Shown piece after piece: positions 38,196 through 51,600 of a stretch of DNA of 64,000 nt (within the stretch, counting starts at the first letter, position 1; each line of letters begins with the position of its first letter). The notes under the pieces are model-generated. The model did no database searches, was not told where the DNA came from, and worked only from the letters and a program-made list of their open reading frames with translations. The position numbers were made by a program, and so were the translations under genes. Origin of the DNA: Octopus sinensis (lineage: Eukaryota); the NCBI RefSeq assembly GCF_006345805.1, contig NC_043013.1:31558001-31622000 (forward strand), given 5' to 3'.

Positions 38196-38640
38196 TCAGG
38201 TCACTTTCGAGTGCTACTGGTAACATGTAACACAGTACAACCTGTTGCATGGTCGGGTCGTCGACGACTAAACCGGCAACCACACCAAGCTTGCTTGGTG
38301 AGGAGGGTGTTTATTGGACACCCCGCAGGATGAAAAACAAGACCCGTCAAACGTCGGAGGAACTCTTGAGAGTCAACAGCCATCCAATAAAGGTCTTAAG
38401 GTTGTAAACGCGCGGGGATATAGAAATAATCGGACTGAATACCTGATCGCGCGGTTAAACCATTGGGAGTGAAGGACTCCTAGACCTTGTTAGGGCATCC
38501 TTCTAGGGGAAGGTAACTCAGGTAACTGGGATAACTCCGACATAAAACCTGCGGCTCAGTGATTACCGATGATGTTGACTTGCTCTTCTTTTCGGATTAT
38601 GGCTGCTGTTGCTTAGTGAGTGGCATTCACTCAGGGCACA
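38196..38640 (+). mobile_element. RTE-type LINE 5' UTR fragment
   Basis: GC-richer block starting right after (TGGA)n; contains ggtcgggtcgtcgacgactaaaccggcaacc and ccttctaggggaaggtaactc, resembling RTE 5' UTR blocks. No ORF follows. Confidence 0.45.
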
Positions 38641-39302
38641 GCCTTTCCTCACTTTAAAAAAATCTTCTTGCACAGGCATTGTACGATAACAACATTGATT
38701 AAGCTTCGCGCAATGGCCATACTCGATAACGAGGGGGCAGCCACCACGTATGTATGTATGTATGTCTTGCAGACTTTTATATTTTCCGATATCGTGATCA
38801 TTCGTATGAATTTGCGTTCTGCCCTCAAGAACAAAAGTTCAGGCATAATTCGCTGCAGGCAGGTTAGCATGTACCCTGTGGCCACAATGATAATAGGTAG
38901 AATGCTGAAAATGTATGTTGGGTACTGGATTTGCAAAAACTTTCTCAATGGTTCATAGATACCCTCTTTCTATTGTATATTTCTAACCACCTTCGGGTCC
39001 TGACAACAAACAGGCAGGCTCGGTTTTAACTTGGTGTGTGTTTTATTTTTATAAGTTTCACCGATAATCTTTTGACCTATCAGTCACAATATGTATGTAT
39101 TTATATATAGGTGTGTGTATGTGTATGTATACACACACACACACACACACCACACACACACACACACACGTATATATATATGAAGTTTACAAATGATGCT
39201 TTGGTTTCCTTTAAAAGAAAGCCCATTGACTTTGAAGGTTCTATTTCGTCTTCCTTGTGAACGCACGTGTGTGTGTATGTATGTATATATGTATATATAT
39301 AT

Positions 39303-39383
<81 letters not shown>

Positions 39384-39398
39384 ATTATATATATATAT

Positions 39399-39592
39399 AG
39401 GGAGTATTTACAAAATAAACATAAGACGAAGACAGGTGTGTAAACAACAGACCGATGTATTAGTTTAACGTTCGGGAAGTGGGAAAGTCTTTTACGTTTC
39501 GAGCCTACGTTCTTCCACAGAAAAGAACAAATCAATAAGCAGAGAGAGAAAACATAAGAAAAAAGAGAGAAAATAAAAACGGTTTAGTGTCT
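39399..39592 (-). mobile_element. Short TA-embedded pLTR-like module with variant hammerhead core
   Basis: Minus strand tttt CTGTGGA a gaac-gtag-gctc GAA ACGT A aaag (39524-39489); same family as 62291-62448. Confidence 0.6.
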
Positions 39593-39839
39593 AGCGATCA
39601 ATCACATTTCAAATCCAGATTTATGCCTGTAGTTATTGAGGTTCTGAGTCAGGTAACACACTGCCTAAATACCAATATTGAGAAATTAGGCTTCTCAAAA
39701 CAATAAAGGAAAGAGCTGCTTCGAAGACTACAGATCCAATCCATCACTAGACCTGTTAAAATTTGTAAAACTTTCCAGAAGCTTACCATTTAAATATATA
39801 TGAGTGTGTCTAGATATGCAACTATATCCATGAGAATAC

Positions 39840-40000
39840 ATGTATACATACATACATACATCTATACATATATCTATCTATACATACATACATACATACA
39901 TACATACATACATACATACATACATGGATACATACATGCATATATACATACATACATACATACATACATACATACATACATACATACATACATACATACA
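39840..40000 (+). repeat. (ATAC)n microsatellite
   Basis: Direct reading. Confidence 0.95.
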
Positions 40001-40489
40001 TACCGCGTTGTATTCCAATGAAGGAGCCTGGAATCTAGGTTAGAAACAGGCTCTTTCTCTATTGGCAAGAAAGCTTGATATAAAACTGAATAATAACATA
40101 CATACATATAAGTATGTATATGTCTGTGCGCGGGTATGTGCGTGTGTGTCTATGTGTGTGTGTCTATATGTGTGTGTCTATGTGTTTGTATGTGTGTGTT
40201 TCTCTCTGTGTATGTGTGTATTCCTTTATTAGTAGTGCTAGTTAAAGACCAGCAGCCATTCTCGGACGCTCTCTGCAAGACCATTAACCGATTGCATCAA
40301 ATCGTCTGTCTGCATGCTTCAAGTTATCAAATAATACTGCTAATGTCAGGGGCTCAAATAGAAACATAAGAATTGAATACACTGGTAGTGAGACCGCTTT
40401 TTGCATAGAATGACACTCATGCTTATACACTTATATAGATGTACGGACATACACACACACATGTATATATAGACATATTTATGATATAT

Positions 40490-40621
40490 GTTTATATATA
40501 TATATATATATATATATAGATATATATATATATATAAAATAAAATAATATAATATAATATATATATATATAAAATAAAATATATAATATAATATATATAT
40601 ATATATAAAATAAAATAATAT

Positions 40622-40657
<36 letters not shown>

Positions 40658-40763
40658 AATAATATAATATATATATATATATATTATATATATAAATAAA
40701 ATAATATAATATATATATATATATAAAATAAAATAAAATAATATAATATTATATATATATATA

Positions 40764-40818
<55 letters not shown>

Positions 40819-40835
40819 ATATAATATAATATAAA
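40490..40835 (+). repeat. Complex (TA)n array interspersed with TAAAA/TAATA units
   Basis: Direct reading. Confidence 0.9.
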
Positions 40836-41589
40836 CTCATGTGTATGTGTGTGACTCTGTGTTTGTGTATTCATGTTTCTGCGTTTATGTTTGTATATAA
40901 TCTCTATGAAATTTGGAAGGAAAATCCGAATATTTTTTTTATATTCCCTTTATTCAGATGTCTTTAGATTCGCAGTTAAACTTTATGGTTATATCAACAT
41001 TTACTTTACTTACGGATCAACGTTCACAAGAAGCATTCGAGAACGGTTAACAAGTGCAATGATGGAATTGCTGTGAACATAATATCCATACAATAGACAA
41101 TACGTGAAATATGGAAGGTTATATTGATTCCTCATCTCAGAAATTCGAGTGTATTTTAATGCTGGGTTTCTCGTTCGACCGTAACAATGGTCGATAGCTG
41201 ACTTTCAAATCGCTTAAAATTGCTGATATTCTTGGGTAAATGAGTTTTGAATTTCATGAGATGTGGTTTGAATTTTCTGCATCCCCAAAGCCAGGATGAA
41301 ACGCTATTATATTTTTACTTCTGTTGAGAATAAGTCTATCTTCTTGAACACAAGTCAGAAGGTCAAAGAGTGCTATGAAGTCTCATTCACTCCTTGAAAC
41401 TAAATAGCTGTCTATTTGTTTCAAAGAGGAGATGAATAGAATTACCTGCTTTTTGATATTTGAATTAGTATATTAGTGGTTGGTTTCTCCATAGACATAT
41501 AAACCTTTAACGTAATTCTGAAATGGAAACAACACTAGCGTTATGTACTGCTACTTTCCAATTGTAATCAATTCAACGGGATTCTAAAG

Positions 41590-42480
41590 AATAGCTGATA
41601 AGCCTTTGACTGTCTCGAAGACGAAGAGTGCGTCCTGTACAATTCGTTGGAAGACAGAGCCTGATGCAGTAGACCATTCTCGCTTACTTTGATTTTCTTC
41701 CGAATCTCCCATTAAACCCTACGATGGAAATGCTCTTGTACTCCATTGGGATTTTGGAATAAACCGGATCCGTATATACATAGAGTATGTTCTATAAATA
41801 TTCAACTGTATTAGGGATTATACTGTACCTTCAGTTTACATGCCGATGTTTGATAAGGACAATTACAGATTCATCATTTTTGAATCGAGGTAGACAAGAC
41901 GATCGACGATTTTGACACGTAGGGCAAATGCCATCCCATGGACCTCTGATTGCTCAGTACACATCCTAACAAGAAGAAAATACTGTATTAATATGTACAT
42001 TGTTTTTTCAACAGTGATTCTTTTTGCTACTGCCGAGAACAAAATGCCTGATTTCCATGATAGAATCCCCAGTCTTGGTACCATTGAGATATCTGTTTAT
42101 TGCCAACGATGCTAGCCAGTCCCTCAACATACCATCATTAAGAGAGAATAAGACGAGGAAGACTGTGGTAGACTTTTTAACGTTTGTCAATGCAGGATGA
42201 GTCCAACAGATCTTACAAAGTACTTATTCAGATATCGGTTCCATTGTGGAATAACACTCTCCTGAGTCGGTCACAGAATTAAATGATTAAATGAAAAATC
42301 CTTCGCTTATGTACTGTCTTAACTACGGGAGATCGAATTTACAGCTTTGACCAAATCTTGTATATTCAAATGATAAAACTTTGAGAGTGGGTACTCAGCA
42401 TGTTGAAAATAACAAGCACTTGATTTGGTTTAATTGTGTATAATATTCCGTGTCATATTATCCATGAGAGATCTCCAGGT
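41590..42480 (-). mobile_element. Heavily decayed non-LTR reverse transcriptase fragment
   Basis: QDLVKAVNSISR (42360-42325; cf. F.D..KAFDS..R), AKRITVEKTMY (cf. GL.I..EKT), KIVDRLVYLDS (cf. V..F.YLGS), in the expected order; YADD not recognisable. Confidence 0.5.
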
Positions 42481-42952
42481 ATCTTCCTTGATAATTCAAT
42501 TTTTTAAAAAATAGGAAATTGAAAGCCTGTGGCACTTCTCTCCCATTTTCCTAACTAATGTTTGTAGTTATTCCAGAATCTCCGACGTAGTTAGAAACAA
42601 AGTTGACGTACTAAAAACTTTTACCCTGGGGTCCATAGAAGCAAATTAAATTAAATAACAGATTAAAATCAATGATAAGCCATGTCTTCGTGGGAAAAAA
42701 TATCTGTTACCACTATGATGTTGTTGATGAAACATGTCCTTTGTCTATCTATTTATCCTCTTTGTGATTTTGCTTAATAGAATAACTATACAAATGAATC
42801 CTTTGAATTTAACTAAATTCTATATTTTTATGCAGCTGAAGATTGCTCTACATTTTAAATCTGCTGTAATATTTGCTTTGTTCAATTAAACGGAGTCGCA
42901 TGAAACGATCTTACTGCATTACCTCTGGATAACCTTGTCGATTATTTTGATC

Positions 42953-42994
<42 letters not shown>

Positions 42995-43181
42995 GTGCAT
43001 TGGGGAGAAAAGAGTCATCTATCGGGCAGTAACTTGTAAGGTTTTAGCATTGATATTTTCCACTAAAATATTCTCAAGAGAGAGATATATCGACGTCGGA
43101 ATTTTCTGTTTAATTTCATTACCTGAAGAATATTAAAATGTGAAAATATAGTACTCAGTAATTTGTGCTCTGAACAACTAA

Positions 43182-43242
<61 letters not shown>

Positions 43243-43843
43243 ATAATTGAAATAATTTGGTAAAAGGTCAATGTTAAACGTCTAATTAGGTGTAAAACTA
43301 AGAACGCTTGTGTGGATAGTAATGAGGTGTTAGCCATTAACTCCTAACTTTCACTCACGAAATATAAAATCAGATTTAGCGTGATACAAATCTAGTACAT
43401 AAATAGTGACAGGAGCAAAGTATTAGAAAGCCTTTTGCTTGGTTTCTCAAAGTCCATAAATACTTTGTTATTGATTTTTCCACATAGCTAACGGCAATAC
43501 ATTTTCAGGCATCTTTATATTCCAGGACAGTATTTTATGAAGCCCGGCGGGGATGGCTTTTTAAATCAACACCAGCTTATTTAGAATTCATTTCATAGCA
43601 ACGAACGTTTACGCGAAGTGAGTTAGTGCAGAACTAATATTGTATTTGAAATCACTTTTTAATTATGTATTGAAATATCGACCCGTGGTAATCAACAGGT
43701 GTCAGGATGATTGTAGGAAAAATTATAAAGCCTGATATTCAAATGCAAATGCATGTTTACCTTTCATTGTCCATGTGTATAAGATAAAAACAATGAGCTT
43801 ATTGTATACGACGCTCTGATGCACTGTAAGATATAATACCTAC

Positions 43844-43891
<48 letters not shown>

Positions 43892-44637
43892 GCGTACATA
43901 TTATGTATCTTTCTTTTATATATAACGTGACGCAAAATACATTTATTTGTCTACACCCACAAATATACATACATGCATATATTTTATTGATAGTTTTGTA
44001 TACCAATTCATTAAAATATATCTTCGCGGGCAGTAGAAACTTTCGTAGCTACTATTCAAATCTGAAATCGAATGTTCCTCATCGTTAACCATAAGGTTTT
44101 GACGATTACGCGAGATTGACTTCCTGCTATTACTTTTGGGGCAGTTTCACTTCCCTGAAGTTTCCCCGTCTTCAGTTCAGAACCGAGCCGATTTCTTGGA
44201 GAGAGAGCTAATGAGAACGAACGAATGGTTACCAACTTTGAGTTATATACTTTCGACGCCGAAATAATGAATGATTTGACCTCAGTGCAGAGAGGTTGAA
44301 AGCTTACCACAAATCGTTTCAAACGATTTTCTCTCGCTTTGCCAAGTTGCTGCCCATTTTAATTGAATATGTCTTGCTAAGAATCTGACAAGAAACTGAC
44401 AGCAAAGTTTCCTTGTAACTGCCTTTGGAACACACGTATTATCGTGCTGATCGATGCATGGTAAATTTTGGATACTAAATTTTAAAATAAATAATGCATC
44501 AGCATTTTCATCTATATAATTGATATGGAGAGTTTCATGATGCTTGTCATCTTTCAGGGTATTAATTTCAAGCACATACAAACTCATCGCCCCAAACTTG
44601 CACGCATGTGCGGAAACGCACACGTATCATGCACACA

Positions 44638-44853
44638 TGCCAGGGGTTGCTAAACGTTGCTCGTCTTTAAGAGTCTTGCGAAAGGTCTTGTTGTAGGCCC
44701 AATCTTCCTAGTTCTTTTACAGGGCCTAGAAAAACTGAAAGCCCGCTGCAATAAATGTGCGAACCTGAGGGGAGAATATGTTGGATAAAATCTTAACTGA
44801 ACCGACTGCATTTTCTTTAAACTAAAGCCAGCGAATTTTCAGACCCTCTCGTA
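44638..44853 (+). mobile_element. Mariner-derived MITE (~215 bp)
   Basis: Degenerate TIRs caggggttgctaaacgtt / aattttcagaccctctcgTA; retains the transposase C-terminus GLEKLKARCNKCANLRGEYVG*. Confidence 0.7.
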
Positions 44854-45265
44854 CCATCTGTAAATACAGATATTTGTGCATTTACATGTAGATGCACAAA
44901 TATATATATATTCATAAGCATTTAATATACCCGTGTACGAAAACATATATGTATGTATGTTAATCATCTACACTGCAATTTGGAAGAGAAAGGTTCAGGC
45001 GATACTATTTACTAAACCACTTCAGCGGCACTTTATTTTATCGACTCCCAAAAAGGAAAACAAAGATAATCCCGGAGAGATTTCAAATCAGAAGGTAAGG
45101 AGTAACTGTAAACAATATTTCTGATGCTCTCTGATATATGTATTCTGTTAATCCAATACGCTGCTCCTATGATCATATCACAAACGACCACAGTCTTACG
45201 CGCAAAGCCAAATATGTATGTATGTGTGTATGCACACGCACGCACACACACACACACACACACAC

Positions 45266-45299
<34 letters not shown>

Positions 45300-45303
<4 letters not shown>

Positions 45304-46037
45304 GGGTGTGGTGAATATATTTTCGTCTAAATAGCACTAAAGGGAAAATAAGACTGACATCTCATTGTAAAAAATATATTTAATAAACTTACATAAAAAT
45401 ATCTTGAAATACTAGAGAGTGAATTTATTCCAAAAAATCGATATTGGCTTCAACTACGGCCTCCAGACAAATTCGGTAACGCCTGCGACTCTTCTGGCTG
45501 CTTTCCTTGCTTAAGTTGGTGAACGCTGCCATAATCCTTGCCTTCAGCTCATGTTTGGTGTTACAAGGAGTTTTGTCGGACTCTCGCTCCAGACATAATA
45601 ATCAAGGGGTTGAAGTCTAGAGAATTAGGTAGCCAGATTATAGGGGCGATGTGGTCGCAGAAATTGTCTGACAGCCATGACTGGGTTCTTGTGTGGCCTG
45701 GCACACAGTCTTCTTGTCCTAGGGAAGCATAACTTCCTACAGGCACTTGATGTAGGCGTCCGTGTGGAGTGTGAGTCTGTGTGAGAAGATGAATGGAGGC
45801 ATAATGTCATCACTACAAGTGATCATTCCAAACACCATGATGTTGACCGGATGTTTGGTTTCTATCGCTTTCGGTACATGTCCTCAGATTAATACCCCAA
45901 ACACTCTTAAATGTTCATAATGGAAATTCCGATTTGAATGACAAGCGGTACAACATGTCATTTCTAAATTTCTGGCATTTCGTCACCGCGCTATTTTTCT
46001 TACAAACGGTCCCCAACTGACCCTACTATACCCTGTA
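45300..46037 (-). mobile_element. Tc1/mariner (maT/DD37D-like) internal-deletion derivative
   Basis: Ends TACAGGGTG / TACCCTGTA. Minus strand KHPVNIMVFGMITCSDDIMPPFIF...AYIKCL*, QEDCVPGH..RTQSWLSDNFCDHIAPIIWLPNSLDFNPL, RESDKTPCNTKHELKARIMAAFTNL. Confidence 0.85.
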
Positions 46038-46132
46038 GTCGACAAAATCCAAATAGCGTGCATGCGCAAAGTAAAGAATATGAAATTTACCCATCGCAAC
46101 ATCTCTCTCTCTCTCTGTCTCTCTCTCATTCT

Positions 46133-46198
<66 letters not shown>

Positions 46199-46259
46199 TT
46201 TTGTATTGGGTTACATATATATATGTGCATATATCTCTATATATCTATCTATATATGTA

Positions 46260-46302
<43 letters not shown>

Positions 46303-46321
46303 ATATACATATATATATATA

Positions 46322-46361
46322 TAGATAGATAGATAGATAGATAGATAGATGATAGATAGAC

Positions 46362-46444
<83 letters not shown>

Positions 46445-46447
46445 GAT
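46322..46447 (+). repeat. (GATA)n microsatellite
   Basis: Direct reading. Confidence 0.96.
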
Positions 46448-47281
46448 ATATGTGTAATCCAATATAAAACTATGTGTGTGTACTCCATGTATGCACACAC
46501 ATTATATACGTATATGTGTATGCGTGTGTGTGTATAAATATGTATATGATTCCATTTATACATATGAAGATTTGTTCACTATACACTAAGTTTGTATAAC
46601 AAACTGGATAAATCAAGCCTGGAATAACTTTGAACATACGTCTAAACATGTCATGGTTAACCTAGGTCGAATTATCAACGTCATAAACGAGAACGGCGAC
46701 AAACTATCGCTCACGAATGCAATCATCTTATAATAACCATCAAATTTCCTTTATATTTTAAAAATCGATAGATCCTCTTCCTAAGCAATACTTTTTTTGT
46801 AAAAAGAAATAAAACGTGACAGCGAAACAATTGCTTGCGAAATAACGCATTATTTCCGAACTGAGAGATGTTTAGAATGCATCATCTCATTTCCCACACA
46901 AGTTTTGAAATTCAATTGGGCATTGGATGATTAGATGTGGGACATTGGCGAGAAAATAACTTTGTTCTCATGTCAAGACACTAGCGAAAATTACATTTCG
47001 TTCACATTAATTCTGACTGATATTATCCAAAATCTTGAAACATCACGACATGTGACAGTTAGAAGAGAAATCTGGTGCGTTCATGAAGTTTTAAAAGGTT
47101 AGCCATAGATGTCATATAAACATAACCAAACTAGAGATGAAAATAGAATGTTTATGTTATCTGGTTTGAAATATCCACTTTGAATCAGCTGTATATATTT
47201 AACAATGTGAATGATGTATTCATATCTATATTTAAAAAGAAATATATATAGATAGATTATATTTAAGAAATTACTAATACA

Positions 47282-47940
47282 TAGGCAGACGCATAGCAGT
47301 GTGGCTAAGAAGTTCGCTTTGCAACCACTTAGGCAAGTATCTATTACTATATCCCCGAACGGACAATGTTTTTGTGAATGAATTTGGTAGCGGTTGGGTT
47401 TCTGTAGTGTATGAATAGATAATTGAAAGAAAAATTCTTATCAAGTGATGTGTTATGGCTGAAGGTCCTTTGCCAAAGGACATTCAGCCACAAAATATCA
47501 CTTGATACACGCAGTGGCTCATACTAAGCCAAGGTACAGCAAACAAACAGGATGCTCTTGATGCCGATAATATTTATGTACTGCTTGAGGAAACACAACT
47601 AGATCTCATAATGCAAGAACATGGTTGCATAATTAAGTACCTGCAAGCCTGAAGAACTACGTTGCACAGAAACAATTATAGTGATTGCCAATAAATGTCC
47701 AACCGTACTTCTTGTTGACTCCAAATTTATCAATTATATATATGCGTGTGTGTGTGTATCTGTGTGTCTGTGTGTGAGCGCGTAGCTGTATGAATGTATG
47801 TGTCTTTCTGCTAGCGTTTGATTCGACCATCGCCTTTCTAAAGGTGTTGCTTTCTTTACCTCCCCGTAACGTAGCGTTTCGGCAAATGACATCCTAAGCA
47901 CTAAAAAAGACGTACGGAGTTTGATTTGTTCGACTAAAGT
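47282..47940 (+). mobile_element. Decayed SINE family B pieces (head 47282-47400, 3' half 47760-47940)
   Basis: gcagtgtggctaagaagttcgctttgcaaccac..; ctttacctccccgtaacgtagcgtttcggcaaa..gatttgttcgactaaag. Confidence 0.5.
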
Positions 47941-48312
47941 TTAGTTCAAAGCCATTTTTTAACTATGGACTCTTTTTAATTACTATTCTATTCTAATGAT
48001 CCCCATAGCCATTCGGTGTTTAAAAATTAGGTTTATAGAAACGTCCGTCAGAATTCATACTTTGCTTTACACCGTTAACTTGTGTATTTGGAACAAGGTA
48101 AACTGTTAGAGAAAGAAACCGAGATTTCCCTAGCAATATATATCAATATATCATATATCTAAAACAAATTCTTTTCAAGGACCCTTAAGATATTATCGTG
48201 GATCCCCAAGTTACTATTTTGCTGTGTAGAACTCCCAAAATCTTATAGGGAGCCTCAGGGCTAATATTGACCCTCGGGAATTATATGGAGCCCGGATGAG
48301 AAAACTTTGAAA
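47940..48312 (+). mobile_element. Possible decayed hAT-type MITE
   Basis: Repeated ggac/ggatcccc..ttactatt motifs and a 3' end ggatgagaaaactttg resembling ggttgagaaccactg termini; left TIR not clear. Confidence 0.25.
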
Positions 48313-48835
48313 GCGAGGCGTCAGCATTTCTGCAATTCAGTGAATAAAACATGAAATGTTAAAGTTACTATTAATAATAAGCGTTAAAATAATATTAAGG
48401 CAGTTATTAGAATGTGCAATCCATAATTAAGACACCAGGCGATATTATTCAAAACTTATTACAATTACATTAATATTTCGTCGGAATATGAATATAATTC
48501 ACTTCTATATTTAAGAGATGAGAAATTATGTAAATAATATATATAGCTGTTGCAAGATATACTGGTAAATTCTACATATGTTTCGAGATTAAGATATCGG
48601 ACCATATGTACGTAAGACATAGGAATAACAAATCTAGAAAGCGTCGTAAATCTAAGCGTATATACCCACATAAATACTCACGCATGTGTACAAGCAGACA
48701 CCGCACACTCACGCACATACACGGATACACATACACATGCACACACACACATATATATATATACGCACGCAGACATTTATATAACACACGTACACCTGTC
48801 TCTATATATATTTGGTCGAAAAGAACTACAATCCT

Positions 48836-48878
<43 letters not shown>

Positions 48879-49346
48879 TATCTATCTATCTATCGATATA
48901 TATATATATTATATGTATATCTATCTATCTATATATATATATATATAAACCTGTCAGTATAGGCAGTACTCGATCAGTGTTTTCGAGCGACCATATTCCC
49001 CTCAGTGTATATGTATACAATTATGTGCTTTAACTACAGCATTAGATCAGTTTAACTCTTATTTCTAACAGTGTAGATGTTTCTAACACCCTAGTCACAT
49101 TTAGTGACAATTATACTTTTCTTTTTTGGTAAAACATTTCAGACTGGTTTCTGTGTGCGTGTGTATCTGTGTTTGTAGATAGATAGATAGATAGATAAAT
49201 AGATAAACATACATACAGACAGACAGGTAGATAGATGTTTAAGGCCATCATAATACACACACACTTCGGCAACCACACAAATGTACATGCTGACAAATAC
49301 ACACTCTTCTGCGTTTGTGTTTGTAGATCCGCATATATATATATAT

Positions 49347-49395
49347 CATCACCATCATCATCATTTAACGTCCGCTTCCCATGCTATCATGGGTG
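49347..49395 (-). mobile_element. Extreme 3' end of a LINE with (GAT)n tail
   Basis: catcatcatcatttaacgtccgcttcccatgctatcatgggt: short unique tag attached to a triplet tail, truncated by (TA)n and a Helitron. Confidence 0.35.
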
Positions 49396-49414
49396 TATAT
49401 ATATATATATAATA

Positions 49415-49808
49415 CTAGCAGTATCGCCCGGCGTTGCTCGAGTTTGTAAGGGAAATAACTATATAAGCATTTTTAGAGATGTAAAGTATAATAGCCATCT
49501 CAATATGGCTAACCACAAAGGAGGGGGGTACTGTAGCTTTTTACGTTCTGAGATTTAATAATAAATTTTTAGAGAGTTACTTCCCTTATATATGCCAAAA
49601 ATGCATTAAAATGGGAAAAATTGATGTTAAATTATTTTTAAAATCGTAGACTCATCGTAGACGCGCGCTAATATCCAGAAGGGCTCGATATGAATCACGA
49701 CTATAAGATACCCGGTTTTGGTTAAACTGCACCGCAAAATGTGGGAGTAGTTAGGAATCTAAATCGTAGGAGACAGACAGCACACAACCTTACTTTTATA
49801 TATAAAGA
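49415..49808 (-). mobile_element. Non-autonomous Helitron (394 bp), longer sibling of 19137
   Basis: 5'-TC, subterminal hairpin, CTAG-3', A^T site; body nearly identical to 19137-19435 plus a 96-bp segment. Confidence 0.87.
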
Positions 49809-51387
49809 TAATAGGAAATTGAAAATGTTATTCACCATTATCTATATATGCTCACACACACACGTACACGTTTTCCTATATGCTACCCATACAGACATAC
49901 CTTTTCACATATAACATATGCTTTTGTATACATTCGCGTAAGCTCACTCACATTGACATGCAAACAGGCACATAACATTTAATTTCTTCCTGGGTCCTCA
50001 CCAATTTCGAATATCATTCTGAGATTCTCTCTATGCAAAATAACCAAGTATTATGTTCGGTTAAGACATCCTTAATAGTTCTGACTTTAATTGCTGACCG
50101 GTCCGAGTAAAGTTCACGTAGGCACGATAGTTGACAAATAAGGCGAACATGGATATTGTGATTAGAAAAGTGGTGTCACAGGGGCGTGTGTTTCCCGTGT
50201 AGGGGTGCTAGCTAGTTTACTCGAAAACTTATAAGATTGAGATGTTTGATGATAGCAATGCCTCTGGACAAATGAGAATGTGTATTGGTTTAAAATTTGA
50301 TTATGTACGCATGCCGACTGACTTTTGGCTGTCTATTGTAGACTACTTTTGATATGAGCGCATTCTCAATCTGCGAGTATGCAGTTGGGTATGTTATATC
50401 CAGAATAAAACAGAATGCCATATTCCCTGCAGCTTATATGGTTGGTAATATGCGCCAAACGTCTTTTCAATTAATCTAAGAATACGTGGAATAATTTATT
50501 TTATGACTGTTCATTGCTTTTCATATGAGCAGATAGTAACAAGAATTAAAATTGAAAGTCGGCTCTTCATCTATCAGATTCAAACTTATGTTTACTATTT
50601 CAAACCTGTTAGAAATAAACAAGAATTCATCTAAACTTTATCAGAATAATAATCTGTATATTTTCATTCCATTCTGTTATCACCTTTAATTATAATCTTG
50701 ATTAAAATGCCAGTCGCTTGTCGAAATTGTAAAGATAGACATCGATGGTATCGTTTTGATGGATGAAATATCGCTTTCTTTCTTTGATATATGGCTTCAT
50801 ATATGCAGACGACATTTAGAGAAACTTTACGACATTTATCTGAAGAGTATAACTGATATACAGGCAATAAAGTATTTATGACCGGAAACCGAAAATGTAT
50901 CGCGACATCGACGCATCAACATTAAATGTGTGGCATAACATTCACTCTTAAGAGCGTTATACTTCTTACATTAAACTCAAAGCTTTATATGTTTGGTCGA
51001 CACATGAGAAAAAGTGATATTCATTCATTTCTTTAAGTAATCAATGGCCAAAGGCTATTTCAAAGTGTTAGTACCATGTTACATTCAGTGATAGCTGATG
51101 GATTATTTCTTATGTGGCCGTATTAGTGCTTTACTGAGGAAAAAAAAGACACTCTTATTTGATGAAGTTACGTATATATGTAAAACCAGGATATTAAGGG
51201 TACATAATTTGTTGTACATGAAAACAAAGTCGAATGATTCACACTCTCTAAATACTAGATTATATGCAAATAGGAATTGTACTGACGTTAGTAATTTAAC
51301 GTAGTCAGTTTTAATATAGACTCTAATTCTCTTATAAGATACATGATGTGAAGCAATTTTTACTGAAATATATTTTCTATTTCCATA

Positions 51388-51600
51388 TCTATTATATAAA
51401 ATCCGTTCTGTCTGTCTGTGTATGTCTGTCTTCTAAGATCTCGGGCATCCTCCATACGATTGCGCTCAAATTTGATATGCAGAAACTGACGGTATCAGGG
51501 CGTGTATAAGTCTTGAAAAAATTACAAAAATTGATTCCAGGTGAGAATGCGATCGATAAAGCCGTGGGAACGTGCATTTGACGGGGGGCATTTTGCACGT
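51388..51600 (+). mobile_element. Probable Helitron 5' fragment (different family)
   Basis: a|TCTATATTATAAAA..(ctgt)n start typical of small Helitrons; no hairpin-CTAG end found. Confidence 0.4.

Noticed and set aside
38649-38958. 99-aa and 112-aa ORFs on opposite strands
   Set aside because: No recognisable motif; interrupted by a (TATG)n tract; probably decayed repeat
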